Shown: positions 50,045 through 62,931, counted from the stretch's first letter. The stretch: DNA of 64,000 bases from Octopus sinensis (GCF_006345805.1 NC_043026.1:8122001-8186000), one strand, 5' to 3'. The notes: generated by a model from the letters alone, not told the origin. Made by a program: numbers and translations.

Positions 50045-51056
50045 CTTTACGGATGGGAGAAAAAAACAAACAAACAGTATTAACATCATTTGGGTCGTAA
50101 ATGTTGTCAGCGTCATCATCAACCAAAGTCATCAACATTATCTACATCATCATCATCATTACTATCAATATCATCATCATCATAGTCATCACATTATCTA
50201 CATCATCATCATCATTACTATCAATATCATCATCATCATAGTCATCAACATTATCATCGTCATTATCATTGTCATCCTCCTCATCCTCATCCTCATCCTC
50301 ATCATTATTGTTACCAGCATCACCACCATCATCATCATCACCATCTGCGTTACAGCAGTGTGGCTGTGTGGTAAGAAGCTTGCTTCCCAACCACATGGTT
50401 CATGTTTCAATCCCAATGCATGCCACCTTGGTCAAGTGTCTTCTACCAAAGCATCAGACCGATCACAGCCTTGTGAGTAGATTTGGTAGATGGAAACTGA
50501 AAGAAGCCCATCGTATATATGTATATATATATAGGCGCAGGAGTGGCTGTGTGGTAAGTAGCTTGCTTACCAACCACATGGTTCCGGGTTCAGTCCCACT
50601 GAGTGGCACCTTGGGCAAGTGTCTTCTGCTATAGCCCCGGGCCGACCAATGCCTTGTGAGTGGATTTGGTAGACGGAAACTGAAAGAAGCCTATCGTATA
50701 TATGTATATATATATATGTGCGTGTATGTGTATGTGTTTGTGTGTCTGTGTTTGTCTGCCTAGCATTGCTTGACAACCGATGCGGGTGTGTTTACGTCCC
50801 CGTCACTTAGCGGTTCGGCAAAAGAGACCGATAGAATAAGTACTGGGCTTACGAAAGAATAAGTCCCGGGGTCGAGTTGCTCGACTAAAAGGCGGTGCTC
50901 CAGCATGGCCGCAGTCAAAATGACTGAAACAAGTAAAAGAGTAAAAGAACAAATGTGTATGTTTAATAGGTTAAATGCTGATGATGATGTTTTTTAACGA
51001 GGTAGAAGGCGAAAATAGGTGTTAAATAGATGTGGAGAGAAAAACAGGGGGCTTAC

Positions 51057-51141
51057 ACAGGAAACAAATTAAGGAGACCATCAGCAGCAACCAGGGCCTT
51101 TTTGAAGTTTCGAATATCCCACAGCTTCAGGGTGTCGTCAC
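51057..51141 (-). CDS. WDR70: WDR70 exon GDDTLKLWDIRNFKKALVAADGLLNLFPV
   Basis: ttccag/GTAAGC; 85 nt; DDxLKLWDIR motif. Confidence 0.96.
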
Positions 51142-51220
51142 CTGGAAGGGAAACGTATGAAATATTTTTCACTACATTATTGTTTTTATATGCACAAATA
51201 GATATATACAATATAGATAC

Positions 51221-51255
<35 letters not shown>

Positions 51256-52528
51256 TATTATATATATATATATATATATTCCAGCAGGAGTGGCTGTGTG
51301 GTAAGTAGCTTGCTTACCAACCACATGGTTCCGGGTTCAGTCCCACTGCATGGCACCTTGGGCAAGTGGCTTCTACTATAGCCTTGGGCCGACCAAAGCC
51401 TTGTGAGTAGATTTGGTAGATGGAACCTGAAAGAAGCCTGTTGTATATATGTATATATATATATGCGTGTGTGTGTTGTGTGTCTGTGTTTGTCCCCCCT
51501 AGCATTGCTTGACAACCAATGCTGGTGTGTTTACGTCCCCATTACTTAGCGGTTCGGCAAAAGAGACCGATAGAATAAGTACTGGGCTTACAAAGAATAA
51601 GTCCCGGGGGTCGAGTTGCTCAACTAAAGGCGGTGCTCCAGCATGGCCGCAGTCAAATGACTGAAACAAGTAAAAGGGTAAAAGAATATCATCGTCATTG
51701 TCTTTGTCAGCATCACTCGTATCCAAGTTTGCTTCATCTGATGCCTCCATGATGCTTAAACCTGCCATGGCTCAGAAGGTCAAGTTAGAAATGGAACAGT
51801 CTTGGGCACTGATCACATGGCAGGATGGGTGGTGGTGGCCTAAGCTGGAGTGTCCGGGCCTTACATTGCCGTCTTTCCATTTCTTCTTCAGTATTTCTCC
51901 TCTGAAAAATTCCTGGCTTTGGGTAAAAAAGAAAATACAGGAGAATCAGTTAATTATGGTTTCATTCAACATTTCCCCCTCTCAGATTCACACATTTATG
52001 GCAGGGGTCCTTCAGTCTTTCTAAGCCCTTTAAAAGAACCCGGAACGTTGGGCCTTCATACAGGACTTTTGCGATACCCTTAAAAGCAGGAACTTGTCAA
52101 TACCCTCTACTCTCTCTCTTTTACTTGTTTCAGTCATTTGACTGCGGCCATGCTGGAGCACCGCCTTTAGTCGAGCAAATCAACCCCGGGACTTATTCTT
52201 TGTAAGCCCAGTACTTATTCTATCGGTCTCTTTTGCAGAACCGCTAAGTGACAGGGACGTAAACACACCAGCATCGGCTGTCAAGCAATGCTAGGGGGAC
52301 AAACACAGACACACACATATATATATATATACATATATACGACGGGCTTCTTTTCAGTTTCCGTCTACCAAATCCACTCACAAGGCGTTGGTCGGCCCGG
52401 GGCTATAGCAGAAGACACTTGCCCAAGTTGCCACGCAGTGGGACTGAACCCGAAACCATGTGGTTGGTAAGCAAGCTACTTACCACACAGCCACTCCTGC
52501 GCCTCTGGTATATTTATATATTAATATA

Positions 52529-53214
52529 CGAGGGTTGCTGGAATTTTCCTGGCTTTGGGTAACGGAAAATCCAGGAGGATCAGTTAGTTATGATTTTATT
52601 CAACATATTCTCCTCTCACATTCACACACTTATTGCAGTGGTCCTTCAGTTTTTCTAAGCCCTGTAAAAGAGCTCAAAAGGTTGGGCCGTCAAACAGGCT
52701 TTTTACAATACCTATTTCTTTACTACCCACAAGGGGCTAAACATAGAGGGGACAAACAAGGACAGACATAGGTATTAAGTTGATTACATCGACCCCAGTG
52801 CGTAACTGGTACTTAATTCTGCAAGCCGGCAGAAACGTTAGCACGCCGGGCGAAATGCTTAGCAGTATTTCGTCTGCGTTACATTGTGAGTTCAAATTCC
52901 GCCGAGGTCAACTTTGCCTTTCATCCTTTCGGGGTCGATAAATACGGTACCAGTTACGCACTGGGGTCGATGTAATCGACTTAATACCTATGTCTGTCCT
53001 TGTTTGTCCCCTCTGTGTTTAGCCCCTTGTGGGTAATAAAGAAATAGGTACTTAATTTATTGACCCCGAAAGGATGAAAGGCAAAGTCGACCTCGGCAGA
53101 ATTTGAACTCAGAACGTAACGGCAGACGAAATACCGCTAAGCATTTTGCCCGACGCGCTAACATGTCTGCCAGCTCTACCCTTAAAGCCAAGAACTTTTC
53201 AGCACCCTGGCTTG
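52529..53214. mobile_element. mariner-derived MITE (interrupted by SINE C)
   Basis: ~30-bp imperfect TIRs with TA flanks; the - strand reads FLQGLEKLKDHCNKCVNVRGEYVE* (mariner C-terminus); relatives at 8345-8510, 51895-52100, 55880-56690, 56735-56955, 57105-57270. Confidence 0.75.
52706..53178. mobile_element. SINE family C composite (sense and antisense pieces) nested in a mariner MITE
   Basis: tacc repeated at both junctions with the MITE; further copies at 23694-23920, 24446-24668, 42053-42280. Confidence 0.8.
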
Positions 53215-53367
53215 TATATGTGTGTATACTGGACTGAAAAACCATGTGGTTGAGAATGATCCTCATAAACCTGTTAACCACGCAGCCACACTGGTGCCTA
53301 CTCCTCACATACTAACACAAATACACAGAAAGAAGACCAAGGCCATACAGGGTGTAGCCTCACTTAC

Positions 53368-53467
53368 CTCCCCTTGAAGCCAGAACTCTCCCGTCGTATG
53401 AAAAGCACAAAGATGTTGTGTCGCTGCCCTTCATGTGTGCTTTCCGGTTCAGCATACAAGTGCTCAC
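53368..53467 (-). CDS. WDR70: WDR70 exon VSTCMLNRKAHMKGSDTTSLCFSYDGRVLASRG
   Basis: cctcag/GTAAGT; 100 nt; FSYDGxVLASRGG motif. Confidence 0.96.
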
Positions 53468-53616
53468 CTGAGGAGAAAGAAATGCAGTGGGATTAGAGTG
53501 TCTAAAATGAGAGGAATAGGGAAAAAGAAAAGGAGGTGATGGGATGGAGAGGAGGCAAGAAAAGGCTGGAATATTCCAGAGAAGATGGAAAAAAACAAGT
53601 TGAAGAATTAGCTTAC

Positions 53617-53794
53617 GAATTTCCGATTGCAGTCCCAAAGTTGTATAGAACCATCCTGGCAAGCTGCAGCGATGTAGTTACCATTTCTGGAATACGTACA
53701 AGCCATCGGGTTCGTCCTACGTCCTTTGTCACACTTTGATTTGATAACCACACGCTGGGAGAAGGCATTGTCGATGTCCCACAGACGAACTGTT
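53617..53794 (-). CDS. WDR70: WDR70 exon TVRLWDIDNAFSQRVVIK...CTYSRNGNYIAAACQDGSIQLWDCNRKF
   Basis: ttccag/GTAAGC; 178 nt; WD40 motifs. Confidence 0.97.
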
Positions 53795-54159
53795 CTGGAA
53801 GAGGAGGAGAGAAAGAGACATTTAAACAAACACATATGTGTGAGTATATGTATGTTTGTGTGTGTGTATATGTATGTATGTATGTATATATATATATTTA
53901 TATCTGTGTGTGTGTGTGTTGAAAAAAATCCATGGAATTTATACACTTTTTTTTCCGCAAAAAGAAAAATAAACTTAGAGGGTGCTTAAATTACAAGAGG
54001 AGTGGCTGTGTAGTAAGTAGCTTGTTTACCAACCACATGGTCCCGGGTTCAGTCCCACTGCATGGCACCATGAGCAAGTGTCTTCTACTATAGCCTCGGG
54101 CCGACCAAAGCCTTGTGAGTGGATTTGGTAGACAGAAACTGAAAGAAGCCCGTCGTATA

Positions 54160-54212
<53 letters not shown>

Positions 54213-54847
54213 GTATGTGTGTGTGTGTTTGTGTGTCTGTGTTTGTCCCCCTAGCATTGCTTGACAACCGATGCTGGTGTGTTTATGTCCCCATAACTTA
54301 GCAGTTCGGCAAAAGAGACCGATAGAATAAGTACTGGGCTTACAAAAGAATAATAATCGAGTTGCTCGATTAAAGGCGGTGCTCCAGCATGGCTGCAGTC
54401 AAATGACTGAAACAAGTAAAAGAGTAAAAGAGAGAGTAGATCTTTTCCAGAATTTTTTCGAATTTTTTTTTTCTTGGAAAAAGACATACAAAATGTAAAC
54501 ATTCGTAGCAGAAGCTGATTCATTTAATGTCAGAAAAGGTTTTCACAGCAAAAAATAATGTCTTAAATAGAATGAAGTTGACTTTTATTTATGCTGGATG
54601 GTATAATGCTTTGGTTTTCTGTATAAATTTGAAGTCAGACATTGTGAAATTTCAGTACATACGCATGCATGCACATACACACGCACACACACACACAAAC
54701 ACACACACACACACAACACACACACACATACACACACACGCACACAAACACACACGCAAACACACACACACACAAACACACACACAAACACGCACACACA
54801 CACGCACGCACACACAAACACACATACACACAAACACACACAAACAC

Positions 54848-54881
<34 letters not shown>

Positions 54882-54930
54882 GCACACACACACACAAACA
54901 CACACACACACACACAAACGGAGTACTCAC

Positions 54931-55007
54931 CCATCATTGGCACATGTCATAAACTCATTTCTGTCTTTCGGGTTCCAACATCCAGAATTCAACATGGCTA
55001 CATGGCC
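54931..55007 (-). CDS. WDR70: WDR70 exon GHVAMLNSGCWNPKDRNEFMTCANDG
   Basis: tttcag/GTGAGT; 77 nt; GH...W WD40 motif. Confidence 0.96.
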
Positions 55008-55345
55008 CTGAAATAACATGTAGCACAACATGGTAATGAGTATACATATTCATGTGTATATACACATACATACAAACACACATATCAAAAAACACACGTG
55101 TATGTGTATGTGTGTATATATATATATATATATTTGAGTAGTTGAATGAATTATCTTATTAAGGATAATTCGAAAGATAACCGATACCTGGGTAGCAAAT
55201 TCACATCAGAAAGAACACGGTTGAAGTTACGTCCCTAGGGCATAGACTACGTGCTTTCGTGCGGAAATTTGTATGTTTATTTTGAAAATATAAGTTTATG
55301 AAAGAATGGAGTTGAACGACTTGTTAACAAATTTCCTTTATATAT

Positions 55346-55389
<44 letters not shown>

Positions 55390-55642
55390 AAATAAGAAAA
55401 TGGAGGAATAGATTTCTATCAATCATCAACTACTAGATAATACCAATTCATATAATTTATTAACTAATTATTTAAGAACATCCAGATCAAACAGAATAAT
55501 ACAGAATAAAACAGTACACATCAATGAGTAAGATAATACCATAAGCACAATACATATAAATATAAAGTGGATCTTACAGCTGTTTCAGCCTGTAGATAAG
55601 AGTATCTCATTATGCTCAAGCAAATGGAAATATCAGGTTTAC

Positions 55643-55796
55643 CTTAGTATTGGCCATGTCTGCAATGTATTGGTCACCCTTCACACACTCCAGCTTCTCG
55701 AAGCCGTCTCGGTCAATCACCTTGGCCTGGGCATTTGCAGCGATAACGAGAAGGACATCCCCAGTGGTGCTGTATTGCAAGTTACGGATTTGGTGG
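55643..55796 (-). CDS. WDR70: WDR70 exon (C)HQIRNLQYSTTGDVLLVIAANAQAKVIDRDGFEKLECVKGDQYIADMANTK
   Basis: ttgcag/GTAAAC; phase 2 in, phase 0 out; strong motif match. Confidence 0.97.
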
Positions 55797-55906
55797 CTGC
55801 AACGGGAAACAAGAGATGGGGGATGAGCGGCGACATCTATGGAAACTATCAGTTACATGCATGAAAGAGAACCATGCCTATGTGAGAGGTGGCTGGAAAG
55901 TTCCTG

Positions 55907-56491
55907 GGATCTTTTCCTTTTGAACAGCAGACAATTTCTAGTTAACTAAACACTTTTAAACTTCGTATACTAGTAGAATGTGTTTATAAAACATCATTTT
56001 CTCTTGGTTTTATTGAGAAAATTCTATAGTTTGTAAGATATTTCGTCTGAAAATCTGAGCATTTCGGCAATTTTAACCAATCGATTACCTCCATTCAGCT
56101 AAAATCATTTGCTGCGTCTAAAACTGAGACAACATCCTGTAACTAACCCTAAATTTCTTTTTTCTTAATTGTTAAATTAATTTAATTCCATTGCTTTAGT
56201 TTTTTTTACATGCATAACAATTAAATTAATTTAACAATTAAGAAAAAAAAAACTTAAGGTTAGTTACAGGATGTTGTCTCAGTTTTAGACGCAGCAAATG
56301 ATTTTAGCTCAAAAGAGAGCATAGGATTGGTTAAAATTCGAAAAATTAAACTACGTTAAACAAACAAATTACAATTTTCTCAAGAAAGCCAAGAGAAAAA
56401 AATGTTTTATTTTGACACATTCTACCAGTATACGAAGTTTTAAAGTGTTTAGTTAACTAGAAATTGTCTGCCGTTCAAAAGGAAAAGATCC
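55907..56491. mobile_element. 585-bp fold-back DNA element with 8-bp TSD, inserted in a mariner MITE
   Basis: termini GGATCTTTTCCTTTTGAAC / GTTCAAAAGGAAAAGATCC; agttcctg at 55899-55906 and 56492-56499. Confidence 0.9.
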
Positions 56492-57512
56492 AGTTCCTGG
56501 CTTTGGGTAAAAGAAAATAGAGGAGGTTCAGTTAATTAGGATTTCATTGAACATATTCCAAACTCAGATTCAAACACTCATTGCAACGGTCCTTCAATTT
56601 TATTCTAAGCCCTATAAAAGAACTAGAAAGGTTAGACCTCCAACCAGGTGTTTCATGATAGCCTTAAAGCCAGGAAGTTTTCAGCCCCACCTTGTACATG
56701 GCACTTAAATCTCACTGCCTCATACTCACTCACACAGAGAAGGGTGCTGAAAAGTTCCTGGTTTTGGGTAAAAGAAAATACAGGAGGATCAGTTAATTAG
56801 GATTTCATTCAACATATTCCCCTCTCAGATTCACATATTTATTGCAGTGGTCCTTTAGTTTCTCTGAGCTCTGTAAAAGAACTCAGACAGCTGGGCCTCC
56901 AACCAGGCCTTTCATGATACCCTTAAAGCCAGGAACTTTAAAGTACCCCCTTGTGTATAAATGTATATATATGTGTAGCAATAACCATTTTAGCCATTTT
57001 GAAATATGGCGTGAATTGGCAATATGACGTAATGTCTTTGCCAAAGAATTATTATTTTCGTTTTTTTCCATTGGTTAATATAACTGCTCATATAAAGATT
57101 CTAAAGGATCAGTTAATTATGACTTTATTCAACGTATTCCTCTCTCAGATTCACACATTTATTGCAGTGGTCCTTTGTTTATTCTAAGCGCTTGGAACTT
57201 CTAAGGAACTTGGAAGGTTGGGCCTCCAACCAGGCCTTTTGCGATACCCTTAAAAACCAGGAACCTTTCAACATTGTATGTATGTATGTATGTATGTATG
57301 TATACAGGGTGGCCTTCAAAAGAACTACCCACCACTACCACTACTGCCACTACAAACACCACCACCACCAACACTGCCACCGCCTCCGCCACCACCATCA
57401 CCGCCACCACCACTTCCACCACCACCACGAACACCGCCACCACCAACACTACCACTGCCGCCACCACCAGCACCACCACCAGCACCACCACCACCAACAA
57501 TCATTTACTCAC

Positions 57513-57646
57513 CATTCACAAGGCCGGAGGCTGCGGAAGTGTCTCAAGGAGGCGTCCATGCCAGCAAAATCCCAGAACGTTATGTCGTAGTCGTAGCCCC
57601 CGGTGACAAGCCGAGCACCAGACGGATCCAAGGCCAACGCTGACAC
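57513..57646 (-). CDS. WDR70: WDR70 exon VSALALDPSGARLVTGGYDYDITFWDFAGMDASLRHFRSLRPCE
   Basis: ccag/GTGAGT splice sites; near-identical to the recalled first WD40 repeat of WDR70. Confidence 0.97.
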
Positions 57647-57877
57647 CTGGTGGAGGAAATAAAAAACAAGCAGAAAAAAGATTAAAAAATGCAAGATGTG
57701 TTACTGCACGGAAATCTCTCCTTTGTTTCGGATCTTCCACAGAAACATGTCTGGCCAAGGGGAAACATTCGTTTGCTCGGAAACAGGTGAGGACCGGCAG
57801 CGGGAAGGGCCACAGAGTGAAGAAATATCTGCCTTAACAAATCCCATCTGACCCATGCTGATATGTACATATATTCA

Positions 57878-58756
57878 CCTCCGTGCCGGTGGCACGTAAA
57901 ATGCACCATCCGATTGTGGGCGTTTGCCAGCGTCGTCTGGCCCCTGTGCAGGTGGCACGTAAAAAGCACCATCCGATCGTGGCTGTTTGCCAGCCCCGTC
58001 TGGTACCTGTGGAGGTGGCACGTAAAATGCACCATCCGATCGTGGCTGTTTGCCAGCCCCGTCTGGTACCTGTGGAGGTGGCACGTAAAATGCACCATCC
58101 GATCGTGGCTGTTTGCCAGCCCCGTCTGGCACCTGTGGAGGTGGCACGTAAAATGCACCATCCGATCGTGGCTGTTTGCCAGCCTTGTCTGGACCTGTAC
58201 CAGTGGCACGTAAAACACCATCCGATTGTGGGCGTTTGCCAGCGTCGTCTGGCACCTGTGTCGGTGGCACGTAAAAAGCACCATCCAATCGTGGATGTTT
58301 GCCAGCCTCGTCTGGCACCTGTGTCGGTGGCACGTAAAAAGCACCATCCGATCGTGGCTGTTTGCCAGCCCCGTCTGGCACCTGTGCAGGTGGCACGTAA
58401 AAAGCACCATCCGATCGTGGATGTTTGCCAGCCCCGTCTGGCACCTGTGTCGGTGGCACGTAAAATGCACCATCCGATCGTGGCTGTTTGACAGCCTCGT
58501 CTGGCACCTGTGCCGGTAGCACGTAAAAAGCACCATCCAATCGTGGATGTTTGCCAGCCTCATCTGGCACCTGTACAGGTGGCACGTAAAAAGCACCCAC
58601 TACACTCACGGAGTGGTTGGCATCCAGGTGTGGAAATACTACCTGATCAGACTGGGCCTGGTGCAGCCTTATGGCTTCCCAGACACTGGTCAAACCGTCC
58701 AACCCATGCTAGCATGGAAAACGGATGTTGAACGATGATGATGATGATGATGATGA
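57878..58756 (+). mobile_element. family D element with internal 63-bp minisatellite expanded to 11 units
   Basis: ggtggcacgtaaaa recurs every 61-63 bp from 57888 to 58578, followed by the normal family D 3' end. Confidence 0.9.
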
Positions 58757-59164
58757 ATGTACATATATACATACAAACATACACAGGGGCAATGTGGTTG
58801 AAGCCAGTGTCGGGTAACTACCACCTATGCTGGTGGCATGTTAAAAGCACCCATTACACTCTTGGTGTGGTTAGCACCACAAAACCATACCAAATCAAAT
58901 TGGAGTGGTGCAGCCCCTCAGCTTACCAGCCCTGGTCAAACCATCCAACCCATGCCAGCATGGACAACAGACATATGATGATGAGGAGGAGGATACATAC
59001 ATACATACAGATACACATAAAGTTTTTACCCACTAAAACTCTTCTCAAACAGTAAGGGTCAAAGCTGAAGAAGACATTGCTTAAGGTACCATGCTGTAAG
59101 ATCAAACCCATGTCCACAGACCTGCAAACTAACTTCCTTAAGCACACATCCTGGAACAACATAC

Positions 59165-60056
59165 GGATCTTTTCCTTTTGAACGGCAGACAATTTCTAGT
59201 TAACTAAACACTTTTAAACTTCGTATACTGGTAGAATGTGTCAAAATAAAACATTTTTTTCTCTTGGCTTTCTTGAGAAAATTGTAATTCGTTTGTTTAA
59301 CGTAGTTTAATTTATCGAATTTTAACCAATCCTATGCTCTCTTTTGAGCTAAAATCATTTGCTGCGTCTAAAACTGAGACAACATCCTGTAACTAACCCT
59401 AAACCTCCCCCCTAACCCTAAATTTTCTTTTCTTAATTGTTAAATTAATTTAATTGTTACGCATGTAAAAAAACTAAAGCAATGGAATTAAATTAATTTA
59501 ACAATTAAGAAAAAAAAATTTAGGGTTAGGGTTAGGGGGCGAAGGTTTAGGGTTAGTTACAGGATGTCTCAGTTTTAGACGCAGCAAATGATTTTAGCTC
59601 AATGGAGGTAATCGATTGGTTAAAATTGCTGAAATGCTCGGATTTTCAGACGACATATCTTACAAACTATAGAATTTTCTCAATAAAGCCAAGAGAAAAA
59701 TGATCTTTTATAAACACATTCTACCAGTATATGAAGTTTAAAAGTGTTTAATTAACTAGAAATTATGTTAAAAACTGCCGTTCAAACAGAAAAGATCCCC
59801 AATCTGTTTCTTAAACGAGGGACATATTCATACGGCACAGAATATTTTTTTTTACCTCAATAGACGTGAGTGATTGGTTGAAATTGCCGAAATGCTCAGA
59901 TTTTCAGATGAAATATCTTACAAACTATAGAATTTTCTCAATACAACCAAGAGAAAAATAATGTTTTATAAACACATTCTACCAGTATACGAAGTTTAAA
60001 AGTGTTTAGTTAACTAGAAATTGTGTTGACATCTGCCGTTCAAAAGGAAAAGATTC
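59165..60056. mobile_element. 892-bp copy of the same fold-back element, inverted, with a duplicated right arm
   Basis: 8-bp TSD caacatac at 59157-59164 and 60057-60064; extra internal terminus near 59775-59798. Confidence 0.9.
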
Positions 60057-60141
60057 CAACATACAACTAAACATGCACACAGAATGGAAAGAGAGAGCGA
60101 AAAGTTACGCTATAAATATCTTACAAAGGGAGACTACTCAC

Positions 60142-60201
60142 CGATTTATTTCCATGTGTCAGAGTTATTTCGAGGGATTGTGGAATCGATTGCTCCAACG
60201 T
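60142..60201 (-). CDS. WDR70: WDR70 exon TLEQSIPQSLEITLTHGNKS
   Basis: ctttggcag acceptor, GTGAGT donor, 60 nt phase 0/0; matches the recalled IPxSHEITLxHGxK motif of WDR70. Confidence 0.93.
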
Positions 60202-60263
60202 CTGCCAAAGAGAACAAAAAAAAAATGATACACACAAACACACATACATAGATGAATGTAAGA

Positions 60264-60303
<40 letters not shown>

Positions 60304-61517
60304 TGTGTGTGTGCCACTGTCTTAAATATCAGCATCATCATCATCGTTTGGCGTCCGTTTTCCATGCTAGCATGGGTTGGACGGTTCAACTGGGGTCTGG
60401 GAAGCCAGAAGGCTGCACCAGGCCCGGTCTGATTTGGCAGTGTTTCTACAGCTGGATGCCCTTCCTAACGCCAACCACTCCGTGAGTGTAGTGGGTGCTT
60501 TTTACGTGCCACCCGCACAGGTGCCAGGCAAGGCTGGCAACGGTCACGATTGGACGGTGCTTTTTACGTGCCACCGGCATGGAGGCCAGTCGGGGCGGCA
60601 CTGGCAACGGCCACGCTTGGCTGGTTCTGTTACATACCACAGGCACTGGTATCACAGCTGCAATTTCCATTGATGTTGATCGATTTTGATTTTGATTTTC
60701 ACTTGCCTCAGCAGGTCTTCATAAGTAGGTCTTGTGTCCCAAGAAGGAAAGGTATGCATAAGTGGACTGGCTACATCCCTGGTAGAGACCACGGGTTATG
60801 GTCTCACTTGTCCTGCCGGGTCTTCATACTTCATACATATGAATGAACTAATGAGGGTGATTTTTACTGGATAGCAGGACCTGGTAGAATTAATAGCTAA
60901 ATCTCCCTTAATTCATACATTATTGTCTTGTGTCTGTGTATACATGTATGAACTAATGATAGAAACTTCTATATGGTATATAGACCTCTCTTTACTCTTT
61001 TACTTGTTTCAGTCATTTGACAGCGGCCATGCTGGAGCACCACCTTTAGTCGAGCAACTCGACCCTGGGACTTAGTCTTTTGTAAGCCCAGTACTTATTC
61101 TATCGGTCTCTTTTGCCGAACCGCTAAGTGACGGGGACGTAAACACACCAGCATTGGTTGTCAAGCAATGCTAGGGGCACAAACACACATACACAAACAC
61201 ACACACATACATATATATACATATATACGACGGGCTGCTTTCAGTTTCCGTCCACCAAATCCACTCACAAGGCTTTGGTCGGCCCGAGGCTATAGTAGAA
61301 GACACTTGCCCAAGGTGCCATGCAGTGGGACTGAACCCGGAACCATGTGGTTGGTAAACAAGCTACTTACCACACAGCCACTCCTTCGCCTGGTAGAAAT
61401 AGTAACCAAATCTCCCTCAAATCACACCCTACTGTATTATATATGTATATATGTATGAATGAGCCAACGAAGGAGACCTCTATGCGATAGCAAGACCTGG
61501 TAGAAATAACAGCCAAA

Positions 61518-62074
61518 TGACCCGGCAGGCCAGATGAGACCATAACCCGTGGCTTATGCCAGGAGCATAACCAGCCCGCTTATGCGTACTTTTTCCTTCT
61601 TTGGTCACTAAACTCTGCTTGCGAAGACTTGTTGAGGCAAGTGAAATTGAAATCAAATTCAATGACTGGCATCCATACTAGCGGGATGCAAAGAGCACCA
61701 TCCGAGCGTGATCATTGACAGAGCAGCCAACTGGCTTCTGTACCCATGGCACGTAAAAGGGCACCATTCGAGCGTGATCGTTACCAACATCACTTCACTG
61801 GCACCTGTGCCAGTGGCATGTGCAAAAAGATTCGAGCGAGGTCATTGCCAGTGCCACCTGACTGGCCCCCGTGCCGGTGGCACATAAAAAGCACCATTTG
61901 AGCAGGTGGCACGTAAAAAGCACCCACTACACTCTCGGAGTGGTTGGCGTTAGGAAGGGCATCCAGCTGTAGAAACTCTGCCAGATCAAGATTGGAGCCT
62001 GGTGCAGCCATCTGGTTCGCCAGACCTCAGTCAAATCGTCCAACCCATGCCAGCATGGAAAGCGGACGTTAAAC

Positions 62075-62115
<41 letters not shown>
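61518..62115 (+). mobile_element. family D non-autonomous retroelement, longest copy, (GAT)n 3' tail
   Basis: ends ggacgttaaacgatgatgat; other copies at 22277-22660, 26465-26680, 49580-49840, 58790-58990, 60330-60825, 63700-64000. Confidence 0.75.
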
Positions 62116-62116
<1 letters not shown>

Positions 62117-62360
62117 CCTCCAAATCAGAAAAGCTACTAACTGAAACATGTGACAATTCATAATATAGTCCTCCAAATACCCTAACCCTACAAAAATGAG
62201 GAGATGGTCATGGCTGGAAAGCTTTTGATCACCACGTTTCTGCTCAATCATGACAGACCTGGAGTTAAACAACAACAACAACAACAGTAACAAATCATAG
62301 AATAAAACAAAAAAAAACATCAGACAAAAAGTTTTACAAAATTTCTTTTTTAGAATTTAC

Positions 62361-62752
62361 CTCCTCTTTTTCTTTCTCCTCCTCATCATCGTCATCATCG
62401 TCATCGTCTTCCTTATTGTCATCTTTACCTTCGTCATTGCCCTTCTTCACAGACGTGGGTAGTGGGGAGGTTGCCGTCGACCCTGTTGTGGCCCCTAACT
62501 CCTCCCTACGCTTCACGTTTCCATCAACACAAGACGATGCTGTGCCCCTGACACTCTTGTTGCTACCGACAACAGAATGACCACCACCACCACCACCACC
62601 AGCTTTATCATCTTTCGCTGGCTTCTTGAATACAGGTCTGAATGACGGTACGGTGGACGTGGGCCCGGACACTGGGGCAGGAATCAATCCCTTGCCTCCA
62701 ACAGATTCTACATCCTGCCCACTGCTTTGTTGGTCAGTTTGGGATTCATCTT
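62361..62752 (-). CDS. WDR70: WDR70 exon (first in window): low-complexity Gly/Asp/Glu-rich linker, EDESQTDQQ...[16 protein letters not shown]
   Basis: ttttccag acceptor and GTAAAT donor; 392 nt, phase 1 in, phase 0 out, which joins the next exon in frame; acidic tract sits where WDR70 has one before the WD repeats. Confidence 0.8.
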
Positions 62753-62825
62753 CTGGAAAACAAAAAGGAACGAAATAGGGAAAAAATGCATATATATACA
62801 TATATATATATATATACATATATAC

Positions 62826-62857
<32 letters not shown>

Positions 62858-62888
62858 CTATATATATATCTATATATATATATATATA

Positions 62889-62931
<43 letters not shown>

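Noticed and set aside
57682-58702. 304-, 275- and 202-aa repeat ORFs
   Set aside because: Products of a stop-free 63-bp VNTR inside a non-coding repeat; open on both strands.
59040-59160. GLILQHGT peptide resembling WDR70 EITLKHGT
   Set aside because: Derived from a degenerate SINE A head; the real exon is 60142-60201.
59390-59560. TTAGGG/CCCTAA units as an interstitial telomere
   Set aside because: Only a few units, symmetric in the arms of the fold-back element and within its TSDs.
61518-61660. Possible HDV-like ribozyme in the family D head (GCGAA motif, several hairpins)
   Set aside because: I could not build a double pseudoknot consistent in both available copies (61518 and 60690-60825); needs a covariance-model search.
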